DNA of 64,000 nucleotides from Candidatus Latescibacterota bacterium (GTDB lineage: Bacteria > Krumholzibacteriota > Krumholzibacteriia > WVZY01): assembly GCA_963791045.1 (NCBI GenBank), contig CAWBQK010000010.1, positions 35,824 to 99,823 of the forward strand, written 5' to 3'. Each line of letters starts with the position of its first letter. Within the stretch, counting starts at the first letter, position 1. This document shows positions 43,372-53,569 of this stretch, piece after piece. The position numbers and the translations under genes were made by a program. The notes under the pieces were generated by a model, which made no database searches, was not told the origin of the DNA, and saw only the letters and a program-made list of their open reading frames with translations.

Positions 43372-43866
43372 TCAAAAAAGTTCCTCCACCTCCGCGGGGC
43401 TGAGATATTCAAGCAACAGACGTTTTTCCTCCGCTTCCATCCTGTCGAAATCCGCTCCCGTTACGTGAACGTATCCGAGAACGTGGAGGAAACCATGCAC
43501 GCCGATCCGGAGAAACAAGTGTTCCGGAGCGATACCCTTTTCACGCGCTTGTGTCTGAATGGTTTCGAACGAAATATATACTTCCCCAATTATCCGTTCC
43601 AGGTCTTCCGGTGATTCCCCGTCGTCGAGGTCGTCGATATACGAGAATGAAATCACATCGGTGGCCCGGTCTGTGTCGCGGTAATCGCGGTTGAGTTCGC
43701 GGATAAACGTGTCGTCGACGATGGTCACCTCGACCACCGCGTCCTCCGGTTGGAGAGAGGCGGCGCTCATGCCTAGCCGATCGGCGATCCGCCCATCGAG
43801 CCAGTCGATCTTAGCCGTGTTGCACCGGTCATGCCGGTTTAACGAGAGCTTCACTCTCTTTGCCAT
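43372..43866 (-). CDS. ybeY: rRNA maturation endoribonuclease YbeY
   Basis: IRELNRDYR..DRATDVISF, GEVYIS, HGFLHVLGYVH (H-x3-H-x5-H). Confidence 0.95.
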   Translation of the reverse strand: MAKRVKLSLNRHDRCNTAKIDWLDGRIADRLGMSAASLQPEDAVVEVTIVDDTFIRELNRDYRDTDRATDVISFSYIDDLDDGESPEDLERIIGEVYISFETIQTQAREKGIAPEHLFLRIGVHGFLHVLGYVHVTGADFDRMEAEEKRLLLEYLSPAEVEELF

Positions 43867-46093
43867 CCCCCTTCTCCTGCCCGGGGTAGGCGACACGCTT
43901 GTGGTAAATACCGGTGAGAATGGCGATGAACTTATCCTTGGTCTTCGCGACATCGTTGAGCGTCAGCCCACTGTCATCGAGCTGACCCTCCTGCGCCCGT
44001 GCATCGACGAGCTTGACGACCATGTTGCGAATGCTGGTTGGGGTCGGATCCTTTAGCGAGCGGCACGCCGGTTCGACGGTGTCCGCAAGCATGAGAATCG
44101 CCGCTTCCTTGCTCGCCGGTTTCGGCCCCGGATACCGGAAGTCATCCTTGTTGACACTCGAATGCGAATCGGTGTCGAGGGCTTTCTGGAAGAAATACGC
44201 CATCACGGTGGTTCCGTGGTGCTGCTTTATCGCATCCAACACCAGCTCGGGAAGTTTTTCCTCGCGGGCGAGTTCGACCCCGTCCTTGACGTGCGAAAGC
44301 AGAATCGTCCGGCTCATCTGCGGCGTGATCTTTTCGTGTTTGTTGAATCCGGACTCCTGGTTTTCCGCGTAGTACTCGGGTTTGAAAATCTTTCCAATGT
44401 CGTGATAATACGCCATGACACGCGCCTTGAGCGGATCGGCGTCGATGTCCGACGCAATAGAATCAACGAGATTACCAAGCAGCATCGCGTGATGATACGT
44501 GCCCGGCGCCTCCATGTTGAGACGCTTGAGAACGGGCTTGTTGAGATCGGTCAGTTCAAGAAGCGCGAAACGGGTCGTCACGTTAAAAATAGCTTCAAAA
44601 ATCGGAAGGAGGAACATCGCGGCCAGGCTGCAGAACAACGCGTTGCCGAACGCCCAGAGAATCGTCATGTAGAAATCGGAAAACTTCAATAGCTGGCCGA
44701 GCTGCGTGCCGACGATGCCGACCAGGTAAGCCGCCGAGACAGCGATAAAAATCGTATAGAAATGGCTCCGCGATCGCATCTGCATAAGTCCCATCACCGC
44801 GGCGGTACCGGCGAGAAGAGACGAGAAGACCACGTTTGACCCAGTGTTTGTGACAAGGGGGAGCAGCACGCAGGCAAAAACCGTCGTGGCAAGACCCAGC
44901 TTGAAATCGAACAGTGACGTGATCATCACCGACACCAGCGCGACGGGGATGAGATAAGGATTGAGCCCGAGCCTGATGACGGCGGCGGTAAAAACAAGAA
45001 ACAACATAAAAACGGTGACCAGCGCGGCCATCTTTGCGAGATCAAAATAGAGCCGGGAACGGAAAGCGAATATGTATCCTCCAACGAGCAGACCGAAAAG
45101 AAACAGGCGGATCACCTCGCCCACATAGAGACCCACAATAAGAAGCGGCGAGGTTTCGCCCTTGAGTCCGCGTCGCGTGTCTTCGAGCGCGGCGAGCATC
45201 TTTTCCTGCTCGTCGGATACCTTGTCGTGTTTTGAAATTATCCTCTGGTTCTTCGATATCTTTACGGTCTTCTCCACCTCGGCGATGGCGAACTCCCTGC
45301 GCGCCTGGGTTTCACTCGTGTCGAGAATGAGGTTTGGCCTGAGGTGAACCTTGGCGATTTCGGCAAACGCCTGGGCGCGGTCTCTTTTCTTTTCGAAACG
45401 CCGCAGCGACTCCTCGCGTGTGAGACGATCGATGCCGCCCTGTTCGATAACGTTGTCGACCGACAACCGCCGCTCCTCGGCGCCGTCTATGACGGCAATT
45501 TCGGTGTACGCGCGCGCCCGAAGCGGGCCGGCGTTATCGATCATTCCGCGGGAGAACACCCGTTTCTGGTACTCGAGCGTTTCGGTGCGGATCGAGGCCA
45601 GACGGACCGGGTCGAACAGCTCGCTCACGAGGCTTGTGGATACGTACGGCACCTGCGCCTCAACCATACGGATACGGGTGTCATCGGTAAGCGTGTCCAT
45701 TCTCGAAATCGTTCCGAGGCTGTCGAAGAGCTCGGTGAGATCCTCCGTGAGTCCGGATTCGATAGACCGGTCGCGAACGTAAACCGGCGGGACTTTCAGA
45801 AGAGCGCCGGCCTTGCGAACATCGAGTTCGGCGCCGGACAGGGGCACTTCGAAGTCGAACGGCGCAATGATCGTCCTGTCGGCGATTTCACCCCGTTTGA
45901 GCGTGACGTCGCGCGCGGACTTCGTCGGCGGAAAAAGAGCAACGGTCGCGGCGACAAAAAGGGCGAGCAGACCGATACGCGGGAGAATTCCCCGGTACAT
46001 CTCCTGTCTGAACCTCAGACGAAAACGTCTCGAAAACTTCTCGGCACGTCCGTTCCGGGTTCTGCCCCGGCGGCGCCAGTAAAACGGTCTCAT
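43829..46093 (-). CDS. 7TM-HDIG phosphohydrolase, PgpH/YqfF-like (putative c-di-AMP phosphodiesterase)
   Basis: Extracytoplasmic domain, multiple TM helices, LLELTDLNKPVLKRL.MEAPGTYHH, YYHDIGK, QHHGTT, FRYPGPKP, ILMLAD. Confidence 0.92.
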   Translation of the reverse strand: MRPFYWRRRGRTRNGRAEKFSRRFRLRFRQEMYRGILPRIGLLALFVAATVALFPPTKSARDVTLKRGEIADRTIIAPFDFEVPLSGAELDVRKAGALLKVPPVYVRDRSIESGLTEDLTELFDSLGTISRMDTLTDDTRIRMVEAQVPYVSTSLVSELFDPVRLASIRTETLEYQKRVFSRGMIDNAGPLRARAYTEIAVIDGAEERRLSVDNVIEQGGIDRLTREESLRRFEKKRDRAQAFAEIAKVHLRPNLILDTSETQARREFAIAEVEKTVKISKNQRIISKHDKVSDEQEKMLAALEDTRRGLKGETSPLLIVGLYVGEVIRLFLFGLLVGGYIFAFRSRLYFDLAKMAALVTVFMLFLVFTAAVIRLGLNPYLIPVALVSVMITSLFDFKLGLATTVFACVLLPLVTNTGSNVVFSSLLAGTAAVMGLMQMRSRSHFYTIFIAVSAAYLVGIVGTQLGQLLKFSDFYMTILWAFGNALFCSLAAMFLLPIFEAIFNVTTRFALLELTDLNKPVLKRLNMEAPGTYHHAMLLGNLVDSIASDIDADPLKARVMAYYHDIGKIFKPEYYAENQESGFNKHEKITPQMSRTILLSHVKDGVELAREEKLPELVLDAIKQHHGTTVMAYFFQKALDTDSHSSVNKDDFRYPGPKPASKEAAILMLADTVEPACRSLKDPTPTSIRNMVVKLVDARAQEGQLDDSGLTLNDVAKTKDKFIAILTGIYHKRVAYPGQEKGDGKESEALVKPA

Positions 46094-47064
46094 GCGTTTT
46101 GGTTCCCCGTGTTATCGCCGTTGTTGGCAAAGGCATCAATGATCTTTTGCACCAGCCGATGCCGCACAACATCTTCGGTCGTCATGTAAATAAATTCGAT
46201 CCCCTCGACGCCGGAGAGAATCCGTTCGGCTTCGACGAGCCCCGATCGCGTAGGCGGGTCGAGATCGATCTGCGTGACGTCGCCGTTTATGATCGCTTTC
46301 GCCCTCTTCCCGAGACGGGTCAAAAACATTTTCATTTGCATCCGCGTCGTATTCTGAGCCTCGTCAAGAATGACGTAGGCATTGTTGAGCGTGCGCCCCC
46401 TCATGTACGCCAGCGGGGCGATTTCTATAGTGCCGTTTTCCTGGTACTTCTGGGTCTTGTCCGGGCCGATCATGTCGAACAGCGCGTCGATGACGGGCCG
46501 CATGTAGGGATCGAGCTTCGCCTGAAAGTCGCCCGGCAGAAACCCCAGGCTCTCCCCCGCCTCGACCACCGGTCTGACCAGAAAAATCCGGTCTATCTCT
46601 TTGCGCTTGAGCGCCGCGACGGCGCTCGCCACGGCGAGGTACGTCTTGCCCGTCCCAGCCGGTCCGATCGAGAAAACGATGTCGTGTTTGCGAATCGCCT
46701 CCGCGTAGGCCTTCTGGTTTAAGGTTCGCGGCTTGATCGCCTGCCCGTTCCTCGTGACCACCACGGTGTCGCGATCGAGTTCGTCGTACCGCGAAACCTC
46801 CGCCGCGATATCCGCTTTGAGAAGCCGGCGGAAATCCCGTTCGGAAACCACCCGGCCCTTCTTCGCGATTTCGATCACGTGCCCAAAGAATTCGGTAAGC
46901 GACCGGATATCGTCTTCGCTTCCCCGGAGGATGATCTCGTCACCACGAACAACCACCACTCCCGGAAATCTCTTTTCGAGTATACCCAGATGGCTTTCTC
47001 TTTGTCCAAATAGCTTCAGAGGGTCTACCCCGGAAAAGGAAAGAACCCTCTTCTTGGTTTTCAA
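46090..47064 (-). CDS. phoH: PhoH family ATPase
   Basis: TTG start after GGAGG; [41 protein letters not shown]. Confidence 0.95.
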   Translation of the reverse strand: MKTKKRVLSFSGVDPLKLFGQRESHLGILEKRFPGVVVVRGDEIILRGSEDDIRSLTEFFGHVIEIAKKGRVVSERDFRRLLKADIAAEVSRYDELDRDTVVVTRNGQAIKPRTLNQKAYAEAIRKHDIVFSIGPAGTGKTYLAVASAVAALKRKEIDRIFLVRPVVEAGESLGFLPGDFQAKLDPYMRPVIDALFDMIGPDKTQKYQENGTIEIAPLAYMRGRTLNNAYVILDEAQNTTRMQMKMFLTRLGKRAKAIINGDVTQIDLDPPTRSGLVEAERILSGVEGIEFIYMTTEDVVRHRLVQKIIDAFANNGDNTGNQNA

Positions 47065-47439
47065 TCCGCGAACACCTCCGATGACGCTGCCACCCGCGAA
47101 CCCCGGCAAACACGCCAATTACCCTTTAGAACTAAAGGGATTCCAAAGAATCCCCATAATACAAAACTCCTGGAATAACGCGCAAGGCGCCTCTTCCAAG
47201 AGCCGGTTTTTTACTCTTTTTTTTATTCGACCATGGTCCTCTCCCCTAAGGCCCATACAAATAATAGGCCAAATCGTGACACGGCGCAATCCCCACGCCC
47301 AACAACACTCTTAACCTGTTTTTTTATAAATAGATAGAGCCCACCTGTGGAATTTCACCCAGACGGTTTTGACGGTCCGGCGCCGGTTGGGAAGACAAAA
47401 CGGAGAGCAAAACCGGCAAAATTCCGCCGTTTTGCGCCG

Positions 47440-47991
47440 TCAGTCGGTTGGCCAGTCACGCGGGATGACAAGGACGGTATCCGGGAACACGTAGAACGGA
47501 TCGTCGACCTTATCCTGATTTGCCTCAAAGATTTTCCACCACTTCTCGACATCGTTGTAGACCTCGGGGAAGCTGGCGATCAGCGACATGCTCTCGCCGT
47601 CCTTGACGGTCCATGTCGAAGGCAACGCTTTGACCTCCGAGATCAGATCGTTGAGGGTCCGGATTTCCGCTTCGAGCCTGAGTACTTCGCGCTCGACCGG
47701 ATCGATGGCGAGCCGGGTCGCGTCGATCGCTTCCCGGGTATCCTTGAGTTCTTGTGTTTTAGCTTCGAACTCCTGTTGCGTTCTCGTGAGTTCAATACCG
47801 ATCTCTTCACAGTACTGATTTTTCTTTTTGTCTGACAATTCGGCGATCTCGTCCTCGCCATAGTATTCCCCGGCGGAAACGTCGACCTCCCTCTTCTTCG
47901 TGCCGCTACATCCGCCCGACACAAACGCCAGCGGCGCCACGAGAGCCGCGACAATCACAAAGGCCAGAAATGTTTTCATAATATTTGTCAT
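47440..47991 (-). CDS. Lipoprotein with coiled coil and C-terminal LysM domain
   Basis: Hydrophobic leader ending SGGC; heptad stretch; WTVKDGESMSLIA...WWKIFEANQDKVDDPFYVFPDTVLVIP. Confidence 0.85.
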   Translation of the reverse strand: MTNIMKTFLAFVIVAALVAPLAFVSGGCSGTKKREVDVSAGEYYGEDEIAELSDKKKNQYCEEIGIELTRTQQEFEAKTQELKDTREAIDATRLAIDPVEREVLRLEAEIRTLNDLISEVKALPSTWTVKDGESMSLIASFPEVYNDVEKWWKIFEANQDKVDDPFYVFPDTVLVIPRDWPTD

Positions 47992-48005
47992 GTGTTGTCC
48001 ACCCA

Positions 48006-48341
48006 TCAGGAACCCGCCGTCGTTTCAGTCGTTTCTTCTTCAACCGGCTTTACGGTTACGCCGCTGGCCTTCTTCAGCCGTTCGAGTTCGGCCTGGAGCA
48101 CGGGAACCTGCGTGCTCTTGTTGTCGCGCTGCGCTTCCCAGTCGGCAAGCTCGGCTTCCACCGTCGCAAGCCGTTCATTGGCCTTGGCGAGCTGCGCATC
48201 GAGGTCCCGGATATCCGACTTCAATTCCTCAATATCGATGGGCGTGACGGTGCAAACTTTTGGTGCCGCACATCCCAAAATAGCAACGAGGGAGCAGAGC
48301 GCCACGAAAAGCACCACACGTTGAAAGATATTGTGTCTCAC
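48006..48341 (-). CDS. Small coiled-coil lipoprotein
   Basis: AAGGAG upstream of GTG 48341; lipobox ILGC; IEELKSDIRDLDAQLAKANERLATVEAEL heptads. Confidence 0.75.
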   Translation of the reverse strand: MRHNIFQRVVLFVALCSLVAILGCAAPKVCTVTPIDIEELKSDIRDLDAQLAKANERLATVEAELADWEAQRDNKSTQVPVLQAELERLKKASGVTVKPVEEETTETTAGS

Positions 48342-48478
48342 CCGCGTCATCTCCTTTACCATCAATTTCGTGGGGTTTGAAATCGTGGGGGAAAAGTCGT
48401 TGGTAGGGTAACAACCCTATGTGGCGTCTGTCAAGGCGATTCTGGCATCGAGCGCCACCCACCGTCCCACAATTCCAC

Positions 48479-50263
48479 TCACTTCTTTTTCTTCGTCTGA
48501 ATATGCAGATCGTCCAGCTGCTCAGGATCGACCGGCGACGGGGCCTCGTCCATAAGGGACGTGGCCTTCTGGGTCTTGGGAAACGCTATTACGTCCCGGA
48601 TCGAGTCGCACCCGGCCAGGATCATGATGATCCGGTCGAGCCCCGGCGCGATACCGCCGTGGGGCGGCGCACCGAATTCGAGCGCGTGGAGAAGGAAACC
48701 AAACCGCTTGTCGGCCTCCTCCCGGGATACGCCTCCGACGGCGAGAATCCGCTCCTGGAGCTCCCTGTTGTGAACCCTGATACTCCCCGATGCCAGCTCG
48801 ACGCCGTTGCAAACGAGATCGTATAGGTGCGCGCGCACCTTGAGCGGTTCCGTTTCGAGAAGCGGGATATCTTCTTCCCTCGGCATCGAGAAAAAGTGGT
48901 GCGACGGCGTCAGCGCGTTCCGGTCCTCATCCCATTCGAAAAGCGGAAAATCATTGATCCACGCAAACGCAAATTTACGCTCGTCGGGGAGCGACAACAT
49001 CTTGCCGATCTCGACCCGCAGTCTCCCGAGAATCGCCGACGCCTTGCCGTGCTTTCCAACGATGCCCAGGAAGAGTCCGCCGTCTTCGAGGTGTGTTTTT
49101 GAAATCAACTCCGCGGCCCCGTCCCCAAGAATCTTGGCCAGCGGCCCCTTCAAGGCGCCGCCCGCATTCTTGAGATGTATGAGCCCGCCGGCGCCCATCG
49201 CCTTTGCCGTTTCTTCAAATTTTTCGATGGCGCTTTTTTTGATTTCCCCGCCACCGGGAACCACAAAACCCCGCACGGTCTCGCCGCGCGCGATCGCCTC
49301 TTCGATAAACCGGATCCCCGATCCCTCGAAAACCGAATCGAGCGTTTGGAGTTCGAGGCCAAAGCGCATATCGGGTTTGTCCGACCCAAACCGTTCGATC
49401 GCTTCCCGGTACGGGATAATCGGGAACGGCGTCTCGAGTTTTATCCCCCGGCCCGCGTCAAATATTTCCGTCATCAGCGATTCGAGAAGAACAAACACAT
49501 CCTCCTCGCGCACGAAGCTCATTTCGATATCGATCTGTGTGTGTTCGGGCTGCCGGTCAGCGCGCAGGTCCTCGTCGCGCATGCAGCGGGCAAGCTGAAA
49601 ATACTTATCGAACCCGGCGACCATGAGAATTTGTTTGTAGAGCTGTGGACTCTGCGGGAGCGCGTAAAAGCTGCCCGGATGGAGCCGGCTCGGGACGAGG
49701 TAGTCCCTCGCGCCCTCGGGCGTGCAGCGGACCAGCATCGGTGTCTCTATTTCAAGAAATCCACGCCCGGCGAGAAAGTTGCGCACGGCGAGGATCACGC
49801 GGTGACGGAGTTCAATAATTTCCTGCATTGGCCGCCGCCGCAGGTCGAGGTACCTGTACTTGAGCCTGAGATCCTCGTTGGCCTTCACCTCGTCGACGAT
49901 CGTAAACGGCGGCACCTCCGACGCATTCAGGAGCACGAATTCGTCCACGGCAACCTCGAAGGCGCCCGTTTCCATATCGGTGCGGACCATTTCGTCGGGG
50001 CGGCGCTGGACGGTACCGCGGCAGGCGATGACGTCCTCCATGTTTAGATTTTTCGAGAAATCATCGAGGTCCCCGCGGTTGGGGTCGACGAGAAGCTGAA
50101 CAAAACCATAGCGGTCCCTGAGGTCGATAAAGCGCAGACCGCCGAGGTTGCGGACGCGGCCGACCCAACCCATAAGGCGCACCTCTGTTCCAATATCCTG
50201 TTCACCGATCTCGTTGCACTTGTGCGACCGCGAAAACGGCACAACAAATCTTTGCTCGCTCAT
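48479..50263 (-). CDS. aspS: Aspartate--tRNA ligase
   Basis: FIDLRDRYG, RLKYRYLDLRR, TPEGARDYLVPSR, ALPQSPQ, DEDLRADRQPE, GAD insert, PPHGGIAPGLDR. Confidence 0.99.
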   Translation of the reverse strand: MSEQRFVVPFSRSHKCNEIGEQDIGTEVRLMGWVGRVRNLGGLRFIDLRDRYGFVQLLVDPNRGDLDDFSKNLNMEDVIACRGTVQRRPDEMVRTDMETGAFEVAVDEFVLLNASEVPPFTIVDEVKANEDLRLKYRYLDLRRRPMQEIIELRHRVILAVRNFLAGRGFLEIETPMLVRCTPEGARDYLVPSRLHPGSFYALPQSPQLYKQILMVAGFDKYFQLARCMRDEDLRADRQPEHTQIDIEMSFVREEDVFVLLESLMTEIFDAGRGIKLETPFPIIPYREAIERFGSDKPDMRFGLELQTLDSVFEGSGIRFIEEAIARGETVRGFVVPGGGEIKKSAIEKFEETAKAMGAGGLIHLKNAGGALKGPLAKILGDGAAELISKTHLEDGGLFLGIVGKHGKASAILGRLRVEIGKMLSLPDERKFAFAWINDFPLFEWDEDRNALTPSHHFFSMPREEDIPLLETEPLKVRAHLYDLVCNGVELASGSIRVHNRELQERILAVGGVSREEADKRFGFLLHALEFGAPPHGGIAPGLDRIIMILAGCDSIRDVIAFPKTQKATSLMDEAPSPVDPEQLDDLHIQTKKKK

Positions 50264-51531
50264 TCGTCACTCACTTTGTCATTGTTCGATTGTTCTTCGG
50301 CAAACTCGAGGAGGTTTTCGTCTTCGATCTCGAATTGTTCGCGCTTTTCCATATCCTTCCACTTGACCCGGCCGGGGAAATCGCTCTCAACGATTACCGC
50401 AACCCGCGCGCCGTGTTTTTCGGCGTTCTTGAGTTGTTTCTTCAACACCCTCATCGTCGCATCGACCTCGACCGACCCGAAGGCCCTGAGCACGCGGGCG
50501 GTGGTTATCGCACGTTCCGCCGCCGCCTCGTCAACGCATATTACGTAGAAATCAACATCGCGGCGTGCGTGGGCCAGGGCGGCGCTGTCCTTCGGAAGCA
50601 CGCTTATGATCCTTTCGATCCCCGCGCTAAAGCCCACCGCCGGGGTCGGCGGACCGCCGCACTGTTCCACGAGATTGTCGTAACGCCCACCGCCGCACAA
50701 CGCGTTCTGCGAGCCAAGCGACCCGTGGAGGATTTCGTATGTCGTTCTCGTATAATAGTCGAGTCCGCGCACAAGCATGGGATCGACGTCGTACACCCGT
50801 TCGATCGCGTCGAGGTGCGACTTCACTTTATCAAAGTGCGCGGCGCACGCAGGACAGAGATGCTCAGATATCGGCGGGAGTTCGCTTTTTATTTCCTCGC
50901 ATTTTTTGCAGTCGAACACGCGCATCGGATTGCGCTCGGCCCGGTCGGTACAGTCGTCGCACAAACGTCCGGCAAGACCTTTGAGCGCGCCGGAGAGGAT
51001 TTCGGTGTAGGGGCCCCGGCACTCCGAGCATCCCACCGAGTTGAGCTTGACGATCAGTTCTTCGAACCCGAGCGCCTCGAGCGCCGTCATCACGACATCG
51101 ATTGTTTCCACATCGAGGATCGGGTCCATTCCGCCGACGACTTCGAGCCCGACCTGGTGAAACTGGCGGTAACGTCCCGCCTGCGGTCTGTCGTAACGGA
51201 ACATCGGACCCGTGTAGCTGAGCCTAGACACGCCGCCGAGCCTGTGCATTCCGTTCTCGAGGTAGGCGCGGATGACGGCGGCGGTGTTTTCCGGACGAAG
51301 AGTGAGGCTACGCCCCCCTCGGTCTTTGAACGTGTACATCTCCTTCGAAACGATATCAGTGGCCTCTCCTACCGAGCGAAGAAAAACATCGGTGAATTCG
51401 AAGATCGGCGTGCGAACCGGTTCGTAACCAAACCTCTCAAACGTCGCTTCGAAAACAGCTTCAACGTAGCGCCACACATAAATATCGGGAGGCAATATGT
51501 CCTGTGTGCCTCTCGGACGCGAATATTTCAT
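50260..51531 (-). CDS. hisS: Histidine--tRNA ligase
   Basis: PRGTQD, KEMYTFKDRGGR, LRPENTA, FRYDRPQAGRYRQFHQ, LVRGLDYYT, GGGRYD. Confidence 0.99.
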   Translation of the reverse strand: MKYSRPRGTQDILPPDIYVWRYVEAVFEATFERFGYEPVRTPIFEFTDVFLRSVGEATDIVSKEMYTFKDRGGRSLTLRPENTAAVIRAYLENGMHRLGGVSRLSYTGPMFRYDRPQAGRYRQFHQVGLEVVGGMDPILDVETIDVVMTALEALGFEELIVKLNSVGCSECRGPYTEILSGALKGLAGRLCDDCTDRAERNPMRVFDCKKCEEIKSELPPISEHLCPACAAHFDKVKSHLDAIERVYDVDPMLVRGLDYYTRTTYEILHGSLGSQNALCGGGRYDNLVEQCGGPPTPAVGFSAGIERIISVLPKDSAALAHARRDVDFYVICVDEAAAERAITTARVLRAFGSVEVDATMRVLKKQLKNAEKHGARVAVIVESDFPGRVKWKDMEKREQFEIEDENLLEFAEEQSNNDKVSDE

Positions 51532-51533
51532 TC

Positions 51534-51950
51534 TTATTTCCCTTCTCCCGGGATGCCCCGTGAGGTTTCCAGCCGGGATTTCCGTTTGTCCCCAAGACCG
51601 GTAAAAACAAATATGCCGATTCCGACGGCAACGCCTAGCGCATCGGCGCACCAGTCGTAAACGCTCATCATCCGCCCTGGAATAAAACTCTGATAAATTT
51701 CGTCTAGCCCGGCGACACTGACGCCGACGGCAAAAAGAAAAACAAACGTCGCGAAACGCGAACGGCTCACCGTCCACCCGATCCCTCTGAAAAGAAGAAC
51801 CCCGAGCACGCCGTACTCGATGAAGTGAGCGATCTTATCCTTGTTAGCGAAGCTGGGTCCCGGAGCCGTCAACGAAGGAATGGATGACAAAGCGAGAATC
51901 AGGAGCACGTAGAAAAGCACCGGCAGCATGCGACGTTGAATTTGGAACAT
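51534..51950 (-). CDS. VanZ family membrane protein
   Basis: DKIAHFIEYGVLG...DEIYQSFIPGR..SVYDWCAD. Confidence 0.9.
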   Translation of the reverse strand: MFQIQRRMLPVLFYVLLILALSSIPSLTAPGPSFANKDKIAHFIEYGVLGVLLFRGIGWTVSRSRFATFVFLFAVGVSVAGLDEIYQSFIPGRMMSVYDWCADALGVAVGIGIFVFTGLGDKRKSRLETSRGIPGEGK

Positions 51951-52033
51951 GATCCGACACTCTGACCTTCCTATTTCTCGACGGGATTCTCGATGCCGGA
52001 ATGCCGGCCATAGAGAGCGGGATTGTCGCGAGA

Positions 52034-52504
52034 CTACCGATCTCCAAACCGCTTAAAAACCCCCAGCACGTCTTCGACCTCTGTCGCACTCCGAAGTTCC
52101 TGGCGAAACTCCTCGTGGTTGAGAAGCCTCGATATCTTGGCAAGAACCTTGATGTGATCCCGCCGGCTGGCTTTTGGCCCAAGTATTATAAAAAACAAAT
52201 CCACGGAGTCACCATCGAGCGCGTCGAAGTCCACACTCTCGCGCGTGCGGAAAAATCCTGCGACGAGTCGCTCGACACCATCGGTGTAGGCATGCGGGAT
52301 GGCAACCCCGTTGCCAATGCCCGTACTCATTACATTTTCACGTTCGATGACATCGTGGAGGGCGTTATCGAAATCCTTTATCAAATCCTTTGAATCAAGC
52401 GATTTGAGAATCTGCTCGAGCAGAACTTCCTTCCCGGCCGGTTCGATGTCCAGGACGATGCTGTCTTCCTTGAAGAGATCTGAGAGCTTCAACGTTAACC
52501 TCAA
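52034..52504 (-). CDS. PTS EIIA (fructose/Ntr-type) domain protein
   Basis: ERENVMSTGIGNGVAIPHA, VDFDALDG, HIKVLAKISRLL. Confidence 0.93.
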   Translation of the reverse strand: MRLTLKLSDLFKEDSIVLDIEPAGKEVLLEQILKSLDSKDLIKDFDNALHDVIERENVMSTGIGNGVAIPHAYTDGVERLVAGFFRTRESVDFDALDGDSVDLFFIILGPKASRRDHIKVLAKISRLLNHEEFRQELRSATEVEDVLGVFKRFGDR

Positions 52505-52547
52505 TTAGATCGGTCGGGTGTTTCGGTCGGACACACAATAAAACTAC

Positions 52548-52576
52548 AAAATATTTTTTATGCGGCGAACTGTCAA
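52548..52576 (-). promoter_or_regulatory. Putative sigma70 promoter upstream of the PTS IIA-vanZ-hisS-aspS genes
   Basis: TTGACA-17 nt-TATTTT. Confidence 0.5.
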
Positions 52577-53517
52577 GGTCTTATAGTGCTTTCGGCCCGG
52601 ATCGCCGCATCAAACCGGTCGAATAGCGCCGCCGTACGCTCGATCCTCGAGGGAGTAACAGGTTCGAGCCGGCGAATACCATGGGACCTGAGCAGGTCGA
52701 CGGTGTCGTCCCTCCTCGCCGCCAGTTCAGTCTCCTGAAGCAGCGCGGCCACGGCGCCGAGCTTCCGCGTATAGTAACTCGAATCCGAGCCTCGGGCGCC
52801 GATCACGATGTCGGGCAACGCGTCCTCCGAATGGATCACACGGATATCGCTCGCTTCGAGGATACCCCTGTCGATCAGGGCGGCCAGTTCGCTCAGCTTG
52901 CACGCCCCCCACGGGTACTTGCCGTGGAGGACCGAATAGATCACCGGGGTGCCGTCATCCCGGGTCCCCACAAACCGATAATCCTCTTCGCCCAGCCCGG
53001 CGCCCAGCCGTTCGAGGTGGTCCGCCTGCAGCCAGAACCCGTTGACCGATCGGGGATCAGCGAACGCGACGTCTTGCGCCCGCGCACCGGACGGCTCCAT
53101 CCCTTCACCGGCCGGCCCCGCGATCAATATCGCCTTGTCGCGTTGCCTGTCTGTGATTCCGATTTCAAAGAGCGGGGTGATTGGAAGAACGTTCGCGTGG
53201 CGAAAATATTCGTCCATGGGCATCACGAACAGATCGAAGTCGGCGGGCCATTCGCCGGCGCACTCGACCAGGACCGCGGGGCGTCTCGATTCCCTGCTGA
53301 CAAGCGCCCTCAGCGGCTCGAACCGGTTTGCCGATTCGCCGGGGTGAAGCCCGGCCGGGACGCAAATCCTGATGATGTCCCTTCGGGACCCCAGGTCGCC
53401 GTTGAAGAACGCGCTCACGGCGATCAGGATGACGGCGATCGTCACAAAAAGGGTCAGCCATCGTCCCATATACGATGAGAGCATGCTGACGTCTATGATC
53501 CTGGTTTTGTTTTTCAT
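52573..53517 (-). CDS. PhnD/SsuA-like (phosphonate-binding-type) substrate-binding protein with N-terminal TM anchor
   Basis: VAFADPRSVNGF, FVGT...VIYSVLHG, IRVIHSEDALP resemble PhnD-family motifs; no ABC permease or ATPase adjacent. Confidence 0.65.
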   Translation of the reverse strand: MKNKTRIIDVSMLSSYMGRWLTLFVTIAVILIAVSAFFNGDLGSRRDIIRICVPAGLHPGESANRFEPLRALVSRESRRPAVLVECAGEWPADFDLFVMPMDEYFRHANVLPITPLFEIGITDRQRDKAILIAGPAGEGMEPSGARAQDVAFADPRSVNGFWLQADHLERLGAGLGEEDYRFVGTRDDGTPVIYSVLHGKYPWGACKLSELAALIDRGILEASDIRVIHSEDALPDIVIGARGSDSSYYTRKLGAVAALLQETELAARRDDTVDLLRSHGIRRLEPVTPSRIERTAALFDRFDAAIRAESTIRP

Positions 53518-53569
53518 GGCGTGGCGGCCGCGGTCCGTTTCGAGAGCGGCCGCTGCCTTCTGATTACAT

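Noticed and set aside
47396-47434. CAAAACGG/CCGTTTTG inverted repeat as a terminator
   Set aside because: The loop is 23 nt and there is no proper U-tract; too weak to call.
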